From Lama glama (lineage: Eukaryota), in contig CM052817.1 of assembly GCA_028534125.1 (NCBI GenBank), positions 17,114,001 to 17,178,000 of the forward strand: 64,000 nucleotides of DNA, read 5' to 3'. The position numbers and the translations under genes were made by a program. A model generated the notes under the pieces. The model was not told the DNA's origin and made no database searches. It saw only the letters and a program-made list of their open reading frames with translations. This document shows, piece after piece, positions 12,046-23,570 of the stretch. Numbering within the stretch: the first letter of the stretch is position 1; each line of letters begins with the position of its first letter.

Positions 12046-12699
12046 TAAAATTCACCAATCAAAGGGTTCGTTTACTTGGGGGCTCATCATACAAGCTTTC
12101 TCCACATATAGTTTACAACTAAACACCAAAAGTGGGCTCTTGTATTATCGTGGAAGGCAAAGTTGCGTTCAAATACACGAAGTCTCCTTAAAGAAGGACT
12201 TAAGATCTCTGGCATTAATTACAAATTTCAAGACATAAAAGTGTTGCCCAAATCTAAGAGTCACTGCTTTGAAATGCAAGATCTGTGAAACTGAAGCCTG
12301 CCAATGGAAATGCAAATTCTTCAAACATTTCCGTTTACCTGTGACTCAGGGCTGAAATCAAGATCCACTACTTCACTTGTGAAAGCGCATAAGCCATTTG
12401 TTTTGACCATGGTCAGACAAACCAGTCGTGGTGAGTGAATCTGGCTGTAGATCTTCCTTTCTCGGGATGCCTCTGACAGGAGCTCTGATCTTTCTCAATT
12501 GTAAATGGATGCATATGCATATTGAAATCTTGACATTCACAGGACACCAGCAAAGGGACTGAGCCTCTGGTGGCCTGCCATCTTTGCTTATTGCTTTAAT
12601 AACTGAGTGTAACTGCAAAGTGTTTTCATATCTACTAAATATTTATGAGGATTGGCTTTAAGTTAATGAAGCAGTTTTTGTCTTTGTTTTTGTTTTTGA

Positions 12700-13215
12700 G
12701 TTTTAGTAAACAAATATTCCAGAGACAAGCATTCAAATGAACAAGCCATTTGGAAGAGCCACTGGGACACCTTTAGGGATGCTCTGAACACTTTGGAACA
12801 TCTTTTTGAGAACTGCCTTCCTAGGTTTTAGCACCTTCTTTCAGATATCCTCTCTGGTGAAGAATCTTTTCCTTTAAAGGGGATGTAAGGTTTTCAAAAG
12901 ACATGAAAGTTATTCAGATTTCATTGAGGTCTTACCATTTTTGTTCAAAAACAAAGTGTCACTAATATAACAAGACTATGCCTGGATCACAAGCTGGCTT
13001 GGAAGGCAACCTCTAAAGCGAACTTCACAAAGTGACCCTTGATTTTTCCCAGAAACAACAATAGTCTTATTTGCAGGTAACCGACCTGTCTGGGGTTTCC
13101 GGGAATCTTTCCGGCTTTAGCACTGAAAGTCTGCATTCCTGGGCAAACCAGGGTGACTGGTCACCCTGTATGCGGCAGGCATCTTCCTCCAGGTGACACG
13201 ACTTTGACCTTGTTC
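12700..13215. mobile_element. MARNA-like mariner-derived DNA element
   Basis: ttggaacatctttttgagaactgccttc..gatatcctctctggtgaagaatcttttcctttaaagggg; caagctggcttggaaggcaac. Homologous to the copy at about 60900-61400. Confidence 0.6.
13075..13168. mobile_element. MER81-like hAT (Blackjack) MITE nested in the MARNA-like element
   Basis: ggctttagcactgaaagtc..cctgggcaaaccagggtgactggtcaccctg, with imperfect inverted termini. Confidence 0.65.
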
Positions 13216-13614
13216 CTGTGACTCAATAATACAGGCGTTTCTCTTCCTAGCTTCCTTCCTGTGGGTACAGGCTCCTAGCATTGCTGCTGGAGGACAACAC
13301 GGATTTTGTGCCTCTTTGCTTTTTTGTTGGTACCTTCGAAGTTTTCACTGTTATTTGGAGCCATGCTTGCAGTTCTTTCTTGGTTGGCAGTTCCTGCCTC
13401 TTGGTAATGTTTCTGCTTACACTGAGCCAGCTCATGTGGTCCAAGAAGTGGATTCAAGTTTCTAGACTGAGCTCTGCATTGATTAGCCGTGAATCCCTTA
13501 GCCTTTCTGACCCTGTTTCCTTATCTGGCAAATAGGAAAATAGGTGCCTTTACTATTTCATAAGGTCAAGGTGGGGGTAAAAATGATAATATACATGAGT
13601 TGCAAAGTTGTTAA

Positions 13615-14368
13615 TTTTTTATTGAGGTATAAGTTTCAGGTGTACAACATAATGATTCAAAATACGTGTATATTGTGAAATGATCACCAAAGGAAGTCTA
13701 GTTAACATACGTCTCTATACAGAGTTACACATGTTTTTCCTGTGATCTACTCTCTTAGCAACTTTCAAATATGTAATATGATGTTATTAATTATAGTTAC
13801 CATGTTGTACATTACATCTGGAGGACTTATTTATTTTGACCACCTTTACCCATTTTGCCCACCCTCAGCCCCTCACCTCTGGCAAACACCAGTCTGTTCT
13901 CTGTATCTATCAATTTGTTTCTGCTTTGTTTTAAGATTCCATATGTAAGTGAGATCATACACTATTTGTCTTTCTCTGACATTTCACTTATTATAATGCC
14001 CCCAAGGTCTAGCCATGATATTGTAAATGGTAGGATCTCCTTTCTAAATGACTGAATAATATTTCATATATATATTTCTACGTTTGCCTTATCCATTCAC
14101 CTGTCAATGGACACTTAAGTTGCTTTCATGTCTTAGCTATTTAAGTAATGCTGCAACGAACACAGGGGTGCAAATATCTTTTCCAGTTAGCGTTTTTGTT
14201 TCTTTTGGACGTATACCCAGAAGGATGATTACTGGATTATATGGTAGTTCTATTTAAAATTTTATTGAGGAACCCCCACACTGTTTTCTATAGTAGCTGC
14301 ACCAATTTTCAGTCCTGCCAACAGTGCACAGGGCTTCTTTTTTTCCCACATTCTCACCAACATTTGTT
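13615..14368 (-). mobile_element. L1 3' end (L1MA9-like)
   Basis: Poly-T start; gatctactctcttagcaactttcaaatatg; ttaagattccatatgtaagtgagatcatac; aggaacccccacactgttttctatagtagctgcacc. Confidence 0.9.
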
Positions 14369-14919
14369 ACTGATTTTAACAATTATTGAATGCCTGCTTC
14401 ATTCAAGACCTTCCAGAGACTCAAAATCCTGGAGGGAAACAGACATACATACATGCAGATAGGTAACTGACCACTAGATGATGTCTGTAGTTCTGTGACG
14501 GTCATGTGAACAAGGTTCTAGGTCTTCAAAGGAAAGGCTGACTAACTCCACTTGGGATCCTCTGGGAGGCTGCTCAGAGTAGGTGATGCTTGAATTGGAC
14601 CCTGAATGACGGCAGAGGAAATGGCATGAGCAGGACACAGAAGTGGCAAGTCTGGGACATGTTTGGGGAATTGTGCATTCGGGGTGAGGCAGGATGGAGC
14701 CAGAGCTTGAAGGATCTTAAGTACTAAAATGGAAAATGTGAACTTTATCAGGGTTTTGACCTCATCAGATCCTGGTGGGGAGGATGCAACTGACTTTAAG
14801 AAGCAGGACGTGGGGAGAACAGTTATTGACATTTATTGTGTTCACCTGGGAAGGCTAGGGTAGAGTAAATGAGGACGATGACAAGGGGAAGGGAGAGGTG
14901 AAGAGGGATTAAAGTGTCC

Positions 14920-15220
14920 TCCTCATCAGTAATGTCCCCTTATTGGAGAGGCCTGGCTTGACAAGTCTGTATGAAATATTCATATACCCCACCTCACTTG
15001 TTTTCCTTAACCTCCTATATTTTCATCCTTAGCATCAGTACCATCTGTCATAATATGTATTTACTTTTTATGTGCTTATATCTATTTCTCCCCCTAGAAT
15101 GGAAGTTCCATCAGGGCAGGGCTTCTGTTTTATTCTTAGCTACATCCTTGGTGTTGGAACAGTGTCTGGTATGCAGTAGGGGGTGCTTGATACATATTTA
15201 CCAATTAAAAAAATAAATAA
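14920..15220 (+). mobile_element. L2 3' end
   Basis: ccccctagaatggaagttccatcagggcagg..gaacagtgtctggtatgcagtagg. Confidence 0.7.
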
Positions 15221-15289
15221 GTAACATAAGTTTGAGGTCCTTCCCCCTGACTGTGTAAATCAACTGGGCAATATGGTCAATCAGCCTGT

Positions 15290-15700
15290 GTTTTCATTTA
15301 TGGTTTAAACTTACTTCATTCTAAAAAGCATTTGAGGTGGCTCCAGGAATACATACACTATAGAACGATTTAAAAAGAAAAGAAATGAATCAGAGCTAAA
15401 GGAAAAAGAGCATGGAACAGGATGAGAAAGCACAGAAAATCAGTATGCAGATGTGGGTGCCACAGGAGTACATGAAAATGTTCAAGATAGGAATAAAATT
15501 CATGTCTGAGCTTCCTGACAGCCAAGGTAAAAAGGGGAACATGACCAGCTATGAGACCCACAGTCTTCATTAGACAAAACATTACATTTTCTCAGAAGCA
15601 GTCCTGGATCCTTTTTATGGACAAAGATGACACTGAGACCATCTGCATTAGCCTTCATGCTCTTTGGTGGGGTGACTCCTTGGTAATCCCTTAGCTGTTT
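15290..15700 (-). mobile_element. L4/RTE-X LINE relic (L4_Mam-like)
   Basis: cttcattctaaaaagcatttgaggtggct; ctgagcttcctgacagccaaggtaaaaaggggaacatgaccag match recalled L4 3'-end motifs. Confidence 0.55.
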
Positions 15701-16199
15701 TGGAAGGAGCTTAGTCTTGTGTTCAGCCTCACTCATACACTCCAAGAAGTGACCAGAAATTTATCCAATGATACCCAAGGGCATGATTGGGTGGGAGAGG
15801 AATGTAAATAGATGGTTCCTGCCCTTCTGTCCCCTCAAGCACCTAATGTCAACCTCTAAGTCTTATCTCCACCGACACAGAGGAAAGTTTCAAAGAAATC
15901 TGGCAAAGGTCAATTAACTCTGGACCTTCTGTTTGTCTCTCTTCTTTTGATTTCTTCATGCTCCTCTGAAGTACCACTTAGGTGAGAGGTTTGGTTTGGC
16001 TGGTGGTATGTTTCTAAGAGTGAAACCAGGTGAAATGGGAAGAGGAAGCTGATTTGCCAAATGATTAAAAGGTGATTTTGACTCTAGTAGAGGATTTTTT
16101 TTTAAAGTAGCTAACATACTGTATTATTGCATTTATACGAAGTTCAAGACATAGTGTTGCACTTAACAGAGGTATGTTTCTTTTGATTGCTAAATAGTA

Positions 16200-16615
16200 T
16201 TCTATCTAATAAAGAATCTTTTTAAAAAGATGTTTAAAATGATTTTTCAAAAAGTAATACATCCACATGGTAAAACAAAATTTAAATAGGGCAAAAAGAG
16301 TCAACTAATAATGCCACATTTTTGTATATTCTTGCAGAAATATTCATATTTATACAAATATATACACACTTTCTGCTATATAAATGAGAATGAATGACAA
16401 ACTCTTCCTTTGCTTCTTCTTTTCTTTCACTTATTATATTTTGGAGAACATTCCCTCTGAGGTCCTATTAAGCTAATTTATTCTTTCAAAATGTGGAATG
16501 GCATTCTGTTGTATGAATACTATCATTTACCCATCCAGTCTCCCAACTCATAGATATTAGGCTGTTTCCAGTATTTTGTTATTACAAACAATGCTCCAGT
16601 GACACCAGTGAAATT
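16200..16615 (-). mobile_element. Ancient L1 (L1ME-type) 3' end
   Basis: cattctgttgtatgaatactatcatttacccatccagtctcc..taggctgtttccagtattttgttattacaaacaatgct. Continues after the LTR at about 17105-17175. Confidence 0.75.
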
Positions 16616-16619
16616 TGAA

Positions 16620-17105
16620 TCTACATCAGCCAGGGTTCTGGAGGGAAACAGCACTGAAACTCAGAAGGTTCAAACTAAGAGACCTATGACAGGGGCAACT
16701 TTACAGAGATGTGGCAGGGTTAAGGGAACCACGGATGGATGTTGAGGCACCGAGGAGCTGACAACAGCAGGAAGCAGGTACCTCCCCTGGGCCTGAAGGG
16801 GAAAATGGTACCACTGGAGCCTCGGGAAAGCCGGCATGTGGGGGAGAGGCCACCTAGTAGGACCTGTGTGTTTCCCGAAACACAGCATCAAAGACCGAAG
16901 GAGTAGGGAAGGAACACCTCCGCCACTCTCTCTTCCTGCTCGGCAGTCTTGGCAATCTCTTGCCAGTGCCTCCTGTTGGCCAAACCCAACCACAGAGGCC
17001 AGTAGGCAAGGGTCCCAGGTGACCAGAGTGATCACCCTCCCTCCTGGCCCCAAGGTGGGCACTGAGGAACAGTAAATGGATCCGGGGAGGGAGTGGAACG
17101 TATAC
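16620..17105 (-). mobile_element. ERVL-type solo LTR (LTR33-like)
   Basis: tcagccagggttctggagggaaacag; tttacagagatgtggcagggttaagggaaccac; cccctgggcctgaagggg. GC-rich block interrupting an AT-rich L1. Confidence 0.6.
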
Positions 17106-17199
17106 ACAATGTATCTATGGGAATTCGTAGAAATGGGAATCCTGGCTTAAAGGCATGTGCATTTCTATTATTGTTTTGCAAGTCAATATTCATTTTTAT

Positions 17200-19080
17200 T
17201 TACCCTTTCTGTGGGTTTTCTGCATTTCTGTATTTCTATTGGGGATAATTTTCCTTCTATCTGAAGAACTCCCTTCAGTATTTCTTTGACTATAATTTTA
17301 CCAGGTAAGAATTCTCTCAGTTTTGCTTGTCTTTTGACCTTTCATTTCAAAGGATAATTTCATAGAGTATATGATCCTAGGTGGACAGTTAATTTCTTTC
17401 AGTGCCTTGTCTTCTGAGTTTTATTGTTTCTGTTGAAAATCATCTTATAATGTGGTTCTGTGGATGCTTTTCCCTAATTTTATGCTGTTCTTTTTATCTC
17501 TGGTTTTCAGCAGTTTTTCTTTTTTTCTTTTGTGTGTGTGTGTGTGTGTAGGGGGGGTAACTAGGTTTATTTTATGTTATTTATTTAATTGTTTGTTTGT
17601 TTGTTTGTTTGTTTATTTATTTATTTAATGGAGATACTGGGGATTGAACCCAGGACCTCGTGCATGCTGAGCACACACTCTACCACTGAGCTCTACCCTC
17701 CCCCTCAGCAGTTTTTCTATGTTATGCTTCAATATGGTTTTCTTTGTTTTCATCATGACTGAATTCAGTGAACTTGAATCTGAGCTTTAATGTATTGCAT
17801 CAGTTATAGGAAATTCTTTTTTATTATCTTTAAATATTGCTTCTGCCCTTTTCTCTCTTCCCATCTCTTCAGTTACACATGTATTATCCCTTTTCACTGT
17901 GTGCCATTTGCCTCTTATACTCTTTTCTGTATTTTCCATCCTTTTTTCTCTTTTCCTTCAGTCTGGATATTTCCTATTGTCTTCCAGCTCACTAATCTGT
18001 CCTTTCTGAGTCTAAATCTGGTCTTAAGCCCACCTATTTCAAATTTCTACTTATTGTATTTTTCAATCCTAACATTTCCATTTGACTCTTTTTTATAATT
18101 TCTCATTATCTGAGAAATTATCCCTCTATCTGTTGACTCATTGTGTTTGTTATATAAAAAGAAAACTTTAGCTGTTTGAATTAACTCCAACATCTGAGTC
18201 ATCTGTAGTTCCTTTTCTTCTCTTGGTTTTTGGTTATTTACATCTCTTTGCATGCCTGGCAATTTTTGAATGAATGGTGAGCACTGTGTCTGAAAAAAAT
18301 GTTGAGACTGTAAGTGATGTTGTCTTCCTTCAGAGGAAGTTACCCTTTCCTTAGCTGGTCAGAGAGAGTGAGGACTGATCATCTTAAGACAATCAGAGAC
18401 CGAGACAGCATTAGGCTGGGCTGCAGATTTGGCAAGCCTCTGCCTGGCTGTTTCCCCCTAGCTTTTAGGGTAGATCTCTCCAGGAGCCCCAGCTATGAAT
18501 CTGGGGTATCGAGCAGTGATTTTTCCTTTTAGTAGGACTTGAACTCTTATGCTTGCATCCTCACCACTGGGAGACTGCCAAAACTTGCTTCTAGTTTCTG
18601 AGGCTTTCTATTTGGCTCCTGAGCCTCTTGCCCAGACAGCGTCAGAAGGTAGCGGGTGTCCTCTGGGAAGACTGGCAGTGCTGGGCTCAGTTCTCTTCTC
18701 CTTCTTTCTCACTGGGGTCCTGGCCCCTATGCCTTTAATTTTATCTCTCTATCCCCACAGACTGCCACGAGAATTACTCTTGTTTTACCTCTTAGCGGAA
18801 GTCCCTGACTGGTGTCACCTGGAGTCTTTGCCTCCTGCCCTATAACTGTAACTAGAATTGGTAAATACTTTGAGGGAAAAAAAGACTGTAGAATGTCAAC
18901 TCATCTTTCTGCAGCTGCTTTTCCCCACCCCAGACCTTTTACCCAGTAAATCCTAGGGCCTCAATATTCTTCCAAAGCCTCAAGCAGATGTTTTTTGTGT
19001 TTTATTGGCTTCTCTGGTTGTTCTTTAATGGGAAGGTTGGTCTGCTACACTCTGCTCCATTATATTCAGAAATGAAAGTC
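17200..19080 (-). mobile_element. Ancient L1 ORF1 and 5' region
   Basis: ttttccttctatctgaagaactcccttcagtatttct; ttatctttaaatattgcttctgccc; ttccagctcactaatctgtcc; ttgcatgcctggcaatttttgaatgaatg. Confidence 0.7.
17521..17704 (-). mobile_element. Camelid tRNA-derived SINE (vic-1 type) with (TG)n/(TTTG)n/(TTTA)n tail
   Basis: tactggggattgaacccaggacctcgtgcatgctgagcacacactctaccactgagct carries Pol III A/B boxes on the minus strand. Perfect 14-bp TSD tcagcagtttttct at 17507-17520 and 17705-17718. Confidence 0.9.
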
Positions 19081-19519
19081 ATGTCTGGTATTCTATAGTT
19101 ACTTTTCTTGATCCTCAGTTATTCTTTCTAAGTTCTTAAATTCTTAGAATTTTTAAATAAAGGATTTTCTTTGTATTTGGGGATTAAATCTTATTGCATT
19201 TGATTCCAAGTGAATTGGGACTAGGGTACAACTTCAGCCCAAGCTTGTATGCCTTGACTGTCTCTCTAGACTGGCTGGTTATACGTTAGCTGAACATTCT
19301 CTGGCCTCAGGCAAAAGAAGTCCCCATTTCCTTGTCTGTAAAACGGGGACAATAATCTTTCCTCATAGTGTTGTTTAAAGCTTAGTAAGATGACGTGTGT
19401 CAAGGGCTTAGCACCGGGTCTTATCCTCAGGGAAGCGCTCAGTAGAAGTCATTGCTAGGGAGAGGGAAGAAAGGAATAAGAAATGAGGAAGTTTGTAGGG
19501 GGATAATCATGGCAATCAG

Positions 19520-20550
19520 TTGTCTTTTCCCTTTCCCAATCCGTTCACTTTTTCATTTACTTTTTGCTCCTCATTCACTTTTGCATATGATGTATAACCC
19601 AGACGTTCCTTTAGTAAGGGTCTCATGGCAAACTCTGTAGGAGTTTGTTGTTTAATCTGAACCTATTTTTCATCATTATTGAAAGGTGACTCTGTTGTAT
19701 ATACAGTTCTAGACTGACAGTTATTGTCTCTCAGAATTTTGAAAATATTGTTTAATTATCTTCTGGCTGTAGAGAAGATAACCTGGCTTTTCTCTCTGGC
19801 TGCTTTAAAGATATTCTCTTTGTTTTTGGTGTTCTCTCATTTTGTTACTGTATACTTATTTCTTTTTATTTATCTGCTTCCAAAATTTTTTCTTTTCCAG
19901 AAAGATCTCAGGTGTCATCTCTTCCCATATTATGTCTCCTTGTTCTTTTTGATATTTGATGGAACTTTGTTGGAACTCTGTGAAGTCTGGGATCTCCCTT
20001 AGAAAATTTACTTTTGCTTTGCAAGGTAACTTTTTTTTTTTTTAACACACTACAGAAGTAGTATAAGTTGTTCTGTAAAAACATGCATAAAGTCTAGCTT
20101 GTGGCTATTCATTCTCAGAGAAATTCTCTATCCACAAGTCAAAGGCAGATAAGTATGTTACTTCTTTTGCTTAGCAGAGAATATATACATATAGAGATGA
20201 CCATCTTTTCACTGAGAATGTTGATATTGGGGATCTGAGCTTTGTGCAATGGTCTCTAATCTGAATTTCATCTTGCCAAACCCCTACATTTTGCATCCTC
20301 TCCCTTATGACACCAGTTAAAACTCTTGTTCTAGGTCTCAGGGGAGCAGGAGATGCCTCTGGTTCCAGCTCTTGCTGACTTATTTGGAATCTGGCTGCCA
20401 TCTCATCTTCAGCTCTTGGGTATCTCCCTTTCTTTCCATCTCAGTTATGCATTTTAAAATATACATTTTTTTCAATCTAGCATTTTTTGAGTGTTTTTTT
20501 TTAATAGCAAGAGATGCTCCAGGATATCTAGTCTGCAGCAACACAGCCCA
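19520..20550 (-). mobile_element. Ancient L1 ORF1-region fragment
   Basis: ttttctctctggctgctttaaagatattctctttgtttttggtgttct; cagttattgtctctcagaattttgaaaatattg. Confidence 0.6.
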
Positions 20551-21618
20551 CTCACTAATTCTTTAAACATTTATTTGTGTCTGCTAAGTGCCAGATACCC
20601 TGCTAGGTGCTGGTGACAAGCAGGTGGCTGAAATTCAGATTAATTATCTCTGTGCTTCTCTAAGAATAGACTACTTTCCTTTAGGAAGAATTTACATCTT
20701 AGAGCAGAAGGAATGTAGCATAACATGGAAGAAGGAGAACTTATAATTTTCTTTTAAAAAATTTACGTGCAAGTAGTAATATCTGGGCTGGTGGTGAGGG
20801 CAAAATATATAAGCATAAATGGGTTAATGTACTGGAAAATTTCAAAATTCCAAAGAGTAAGAGAAAATTCTTAAAGCTTCAAGTGTGAAGTGCAACCTTC
20901 CTACGAATAAGAAAAAATCCAGTTGGCATCAGTCTTCTTAATGGCGACCACAATGGCTAGAAGACAATAGTGGCATATTTTGAAAGTTCAGAGAAAAAAT
21001 AGTTTGAACCTGGAATTCTATACTCAGGAAAACCAGCATTCAATTAGAAAGGCAAAGTAGATATTTCAAGACATGTAAGGACATATAAGAACAGAAAATC
21101 CGCTCTGAAAAGACTACTTGGGGATATAGTTCAGCAAAGTAAAAAACAAATACAAGAAGCAAGAAGATGAAGGTTATGAGAGGCTTGTAAAGTTAGTGTT
21201 AAGTCCAAATGTGATGCATAATGTAAAAAACAAAAGAGTTAATAATCTAGATGTAATGGGCAGGAGTGGGCAGATGTGAAACTGAATTTTACTATTCTGT
21301 TCAAAGTGATGATGTAGATATTATTTTTAGACATTTATGTAAAACTGAGTGTTAAACATTTAAAGGAGCAGAGTGGGACATGAAAATCTTAATTCAACCA
21401 GAGGAGAAATAGAAAGAGAAGGAGAAAAAGAAACAACAAGAAAGCATATACACTGCAACACATAAAATAGGGTGGTAGGAATGTTCCTAATACAAAATGC
21501 ATTAAAGGATATAAATCTTTTCAATGAAAAGTATTTTAAACATTTAAAAGGAATTTGAAGACTGAGAGAACATTCTGAAAAGCTCAATCCTCACAACTGA
21601 AAATCAAGATGAAATGAG

Positions 21619-22702
21619 TGAAGAATATATGTCAACATGGTAGATAATGTAGATAAAATGAACAAATTCCTAGAAAGACCCAAACTGCTTAAACTGCCTC
21701 AAGAAGAGAAAATCCGAATAGACCTATAACATGAGACTGAACTAGTAATTTAAAAACTTCCGAAAACAAAAGCCCACTAGTAACTTCACTAATAAGATCT
21801 ACCAAATTATAAAGAATAATTCATACCAATTTTTCACAAACCTTTCAAAAAGTAGAAAAGAAGGGAACACTTCTCAACTCACTCTGAGGCCAGTATTATC
21901 TTGATACCAAAGCTAGACAGAGACATGACAAGAAAAGAAAACTACAGACCAATATCTCTTATGAACACAGACACAAAAATTCTCAACAAAATACTAGCAA
22001 ACCAAATCCAGCAATATATACAAAGAATTGCACACTGTGACCAAGTGGGATTTATCCCCAAAATGCAAGGTTGGCTCCACATTGAAAATCAATCAATATA
22101 ACAGACTATATTAATAGAATAAAAGAGAAAAACCCAACATGATGATCTCAGGAGATGCAGAGAAAACATTTGACAATATCCCACACCCTTTCATAATGAA
22201 AAAACAGTCAGTGAACCAAAGATAAAGGAGAACTTCCTCAAGATGAAAGGCATCTACAGAAGATACGCAGCTCAGTACTTCTTCGGGAAAGACTGAATGC
22301 TATCCTCCTAAGATCAGGAGCAAGACAAAGATACCCCTCTTGGCACTTCTATTCAGTGTTGTGCTGGAGGTTCTAGCGAGGGCAATTAGGTAAGGAAATG
22401 AAATAGGAAGCATCTGTATTGGAAAGGAAGAATTAAAACCATCGCTATTGGCAGATGATTTTTTTTTTTGCAGATAGTTGATTAGTGGTTGTTTAGAGCT
22501 GGGGTTGTTTAGAGAAGGAAGGAAATGGAGCATGACTGCTAAGGGTATGGGTTTCTTTGGGGGATGATGAAAATGTTCTAAAATTGATTGTGGTGATGGT
22601 TTCACAGCTCTGAATATTCTAAAAACCATCACACTGTACACTTCCTATGTGTGAATTGTATAGTATGTGAATTATATTCTATAAGGCAGTTTTATAAAAA
22701 AT
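21619..22702 (+). mobile_element. Nested L1 (L1MB-type), internally deleted
   Basis: ORF 21901-22101 reads [57 protein letters not shown] (L1 RT). It jumps at about 22460-22475 from the ADD motif into a 3' UTR ending gtatgtgaattatattctataaggcag. Confidence 0.85.
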
Positions 22703-23280
22703 ATGAAATAGGTGGTTTTCCAGGAAAACTTAATTTGACTCATGAAAAAAATGGAAAACCTGAAGAATAATAATAGTTGAATAATCCTTGAAGAAATTTA
22801 AAAGTTATTTGAAAATTTATCTCACCTTCACTCTGTTCCCTTCAGTCTGACAAAAAGCTACTAAGTTCAGACAATTTTAGAATTGAGTTATAGCAAACCT
22901 TTAAGCTATCCCATACATCATATAAATTATTTCAGAGCATAGGGAAAGATGGGAAACTTAACTCATTTGACTTTGCTAGCATTACTTGATAACATAGTAA
23001 AACAGGATGATGATAGCACAAAAGAAAAAGAATAGAGAACATATAGACCAATATATTGTCTATACTATGGAACTGGCATTTTTATGAGCAGATATGCAAA
23101 TATCCTAAACAAGACATTAACAAATTGAATCCTCTGTGTACCAAAAACCAGTAGAGTTTATTCTAAGGTTTCGAGCATGACTCAACATTAGGGAATCTAT
23201 TAAGAAATTCTCTCCAGTAATCAGTGTATGGAGAAAAACTTGTGATCATCTGAAAAATTTTTGAAAAGTATTTAATATCT

Positions 23281-23570
23281 AAGGTACAAAATTTTGGTTA
23301 TACAAGGTGAATGAGTTCTAGAGAGCTAATATATAGCATAGTGACTACAGCTAATAATACTGTATTACTGTATTGTGTAACTGAAGTTTTCTAAGAGAGT
23401 GTATCTTAAGTGTTCTCAACACACACAAACAAAATATAGTAACTATGAAAGGTAATGGATATGTTAATTAGTTTGATTGTGGTGATCACTTCAATGTATA
23501 CATATATCAAAACGTATCTACCTCAAGTATATACAATTCTTATCAATTATACCCCAGTAAAGCTGAAAAA
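23281..23570 (+). mobile_element. Nested L1 3' end (L1MA-type)
   Basis: gagttctagagagctaatatatagcatagtgactacagctaataatactgtatt..caattataccccagtaaagctg. Approximate TSD gaaaagtatttaa/gaaagtattcaa. Confidence 0.85.

Noticed and set aside
17630..17704. tRNA-like sequence with A and B boxes (also about 29970-30045 and 42090-42165)
   Set aside because: An AT-rich tail, a TSD and the lack of an intact cloverleaf show these are SINEs, not tRNA genes.
21901..22101. Reverse-transcriptase-like ORF
   Set aside because: A short open stretch of a dead L1 ORF2 surrounded by frameshifts, not a host gene.
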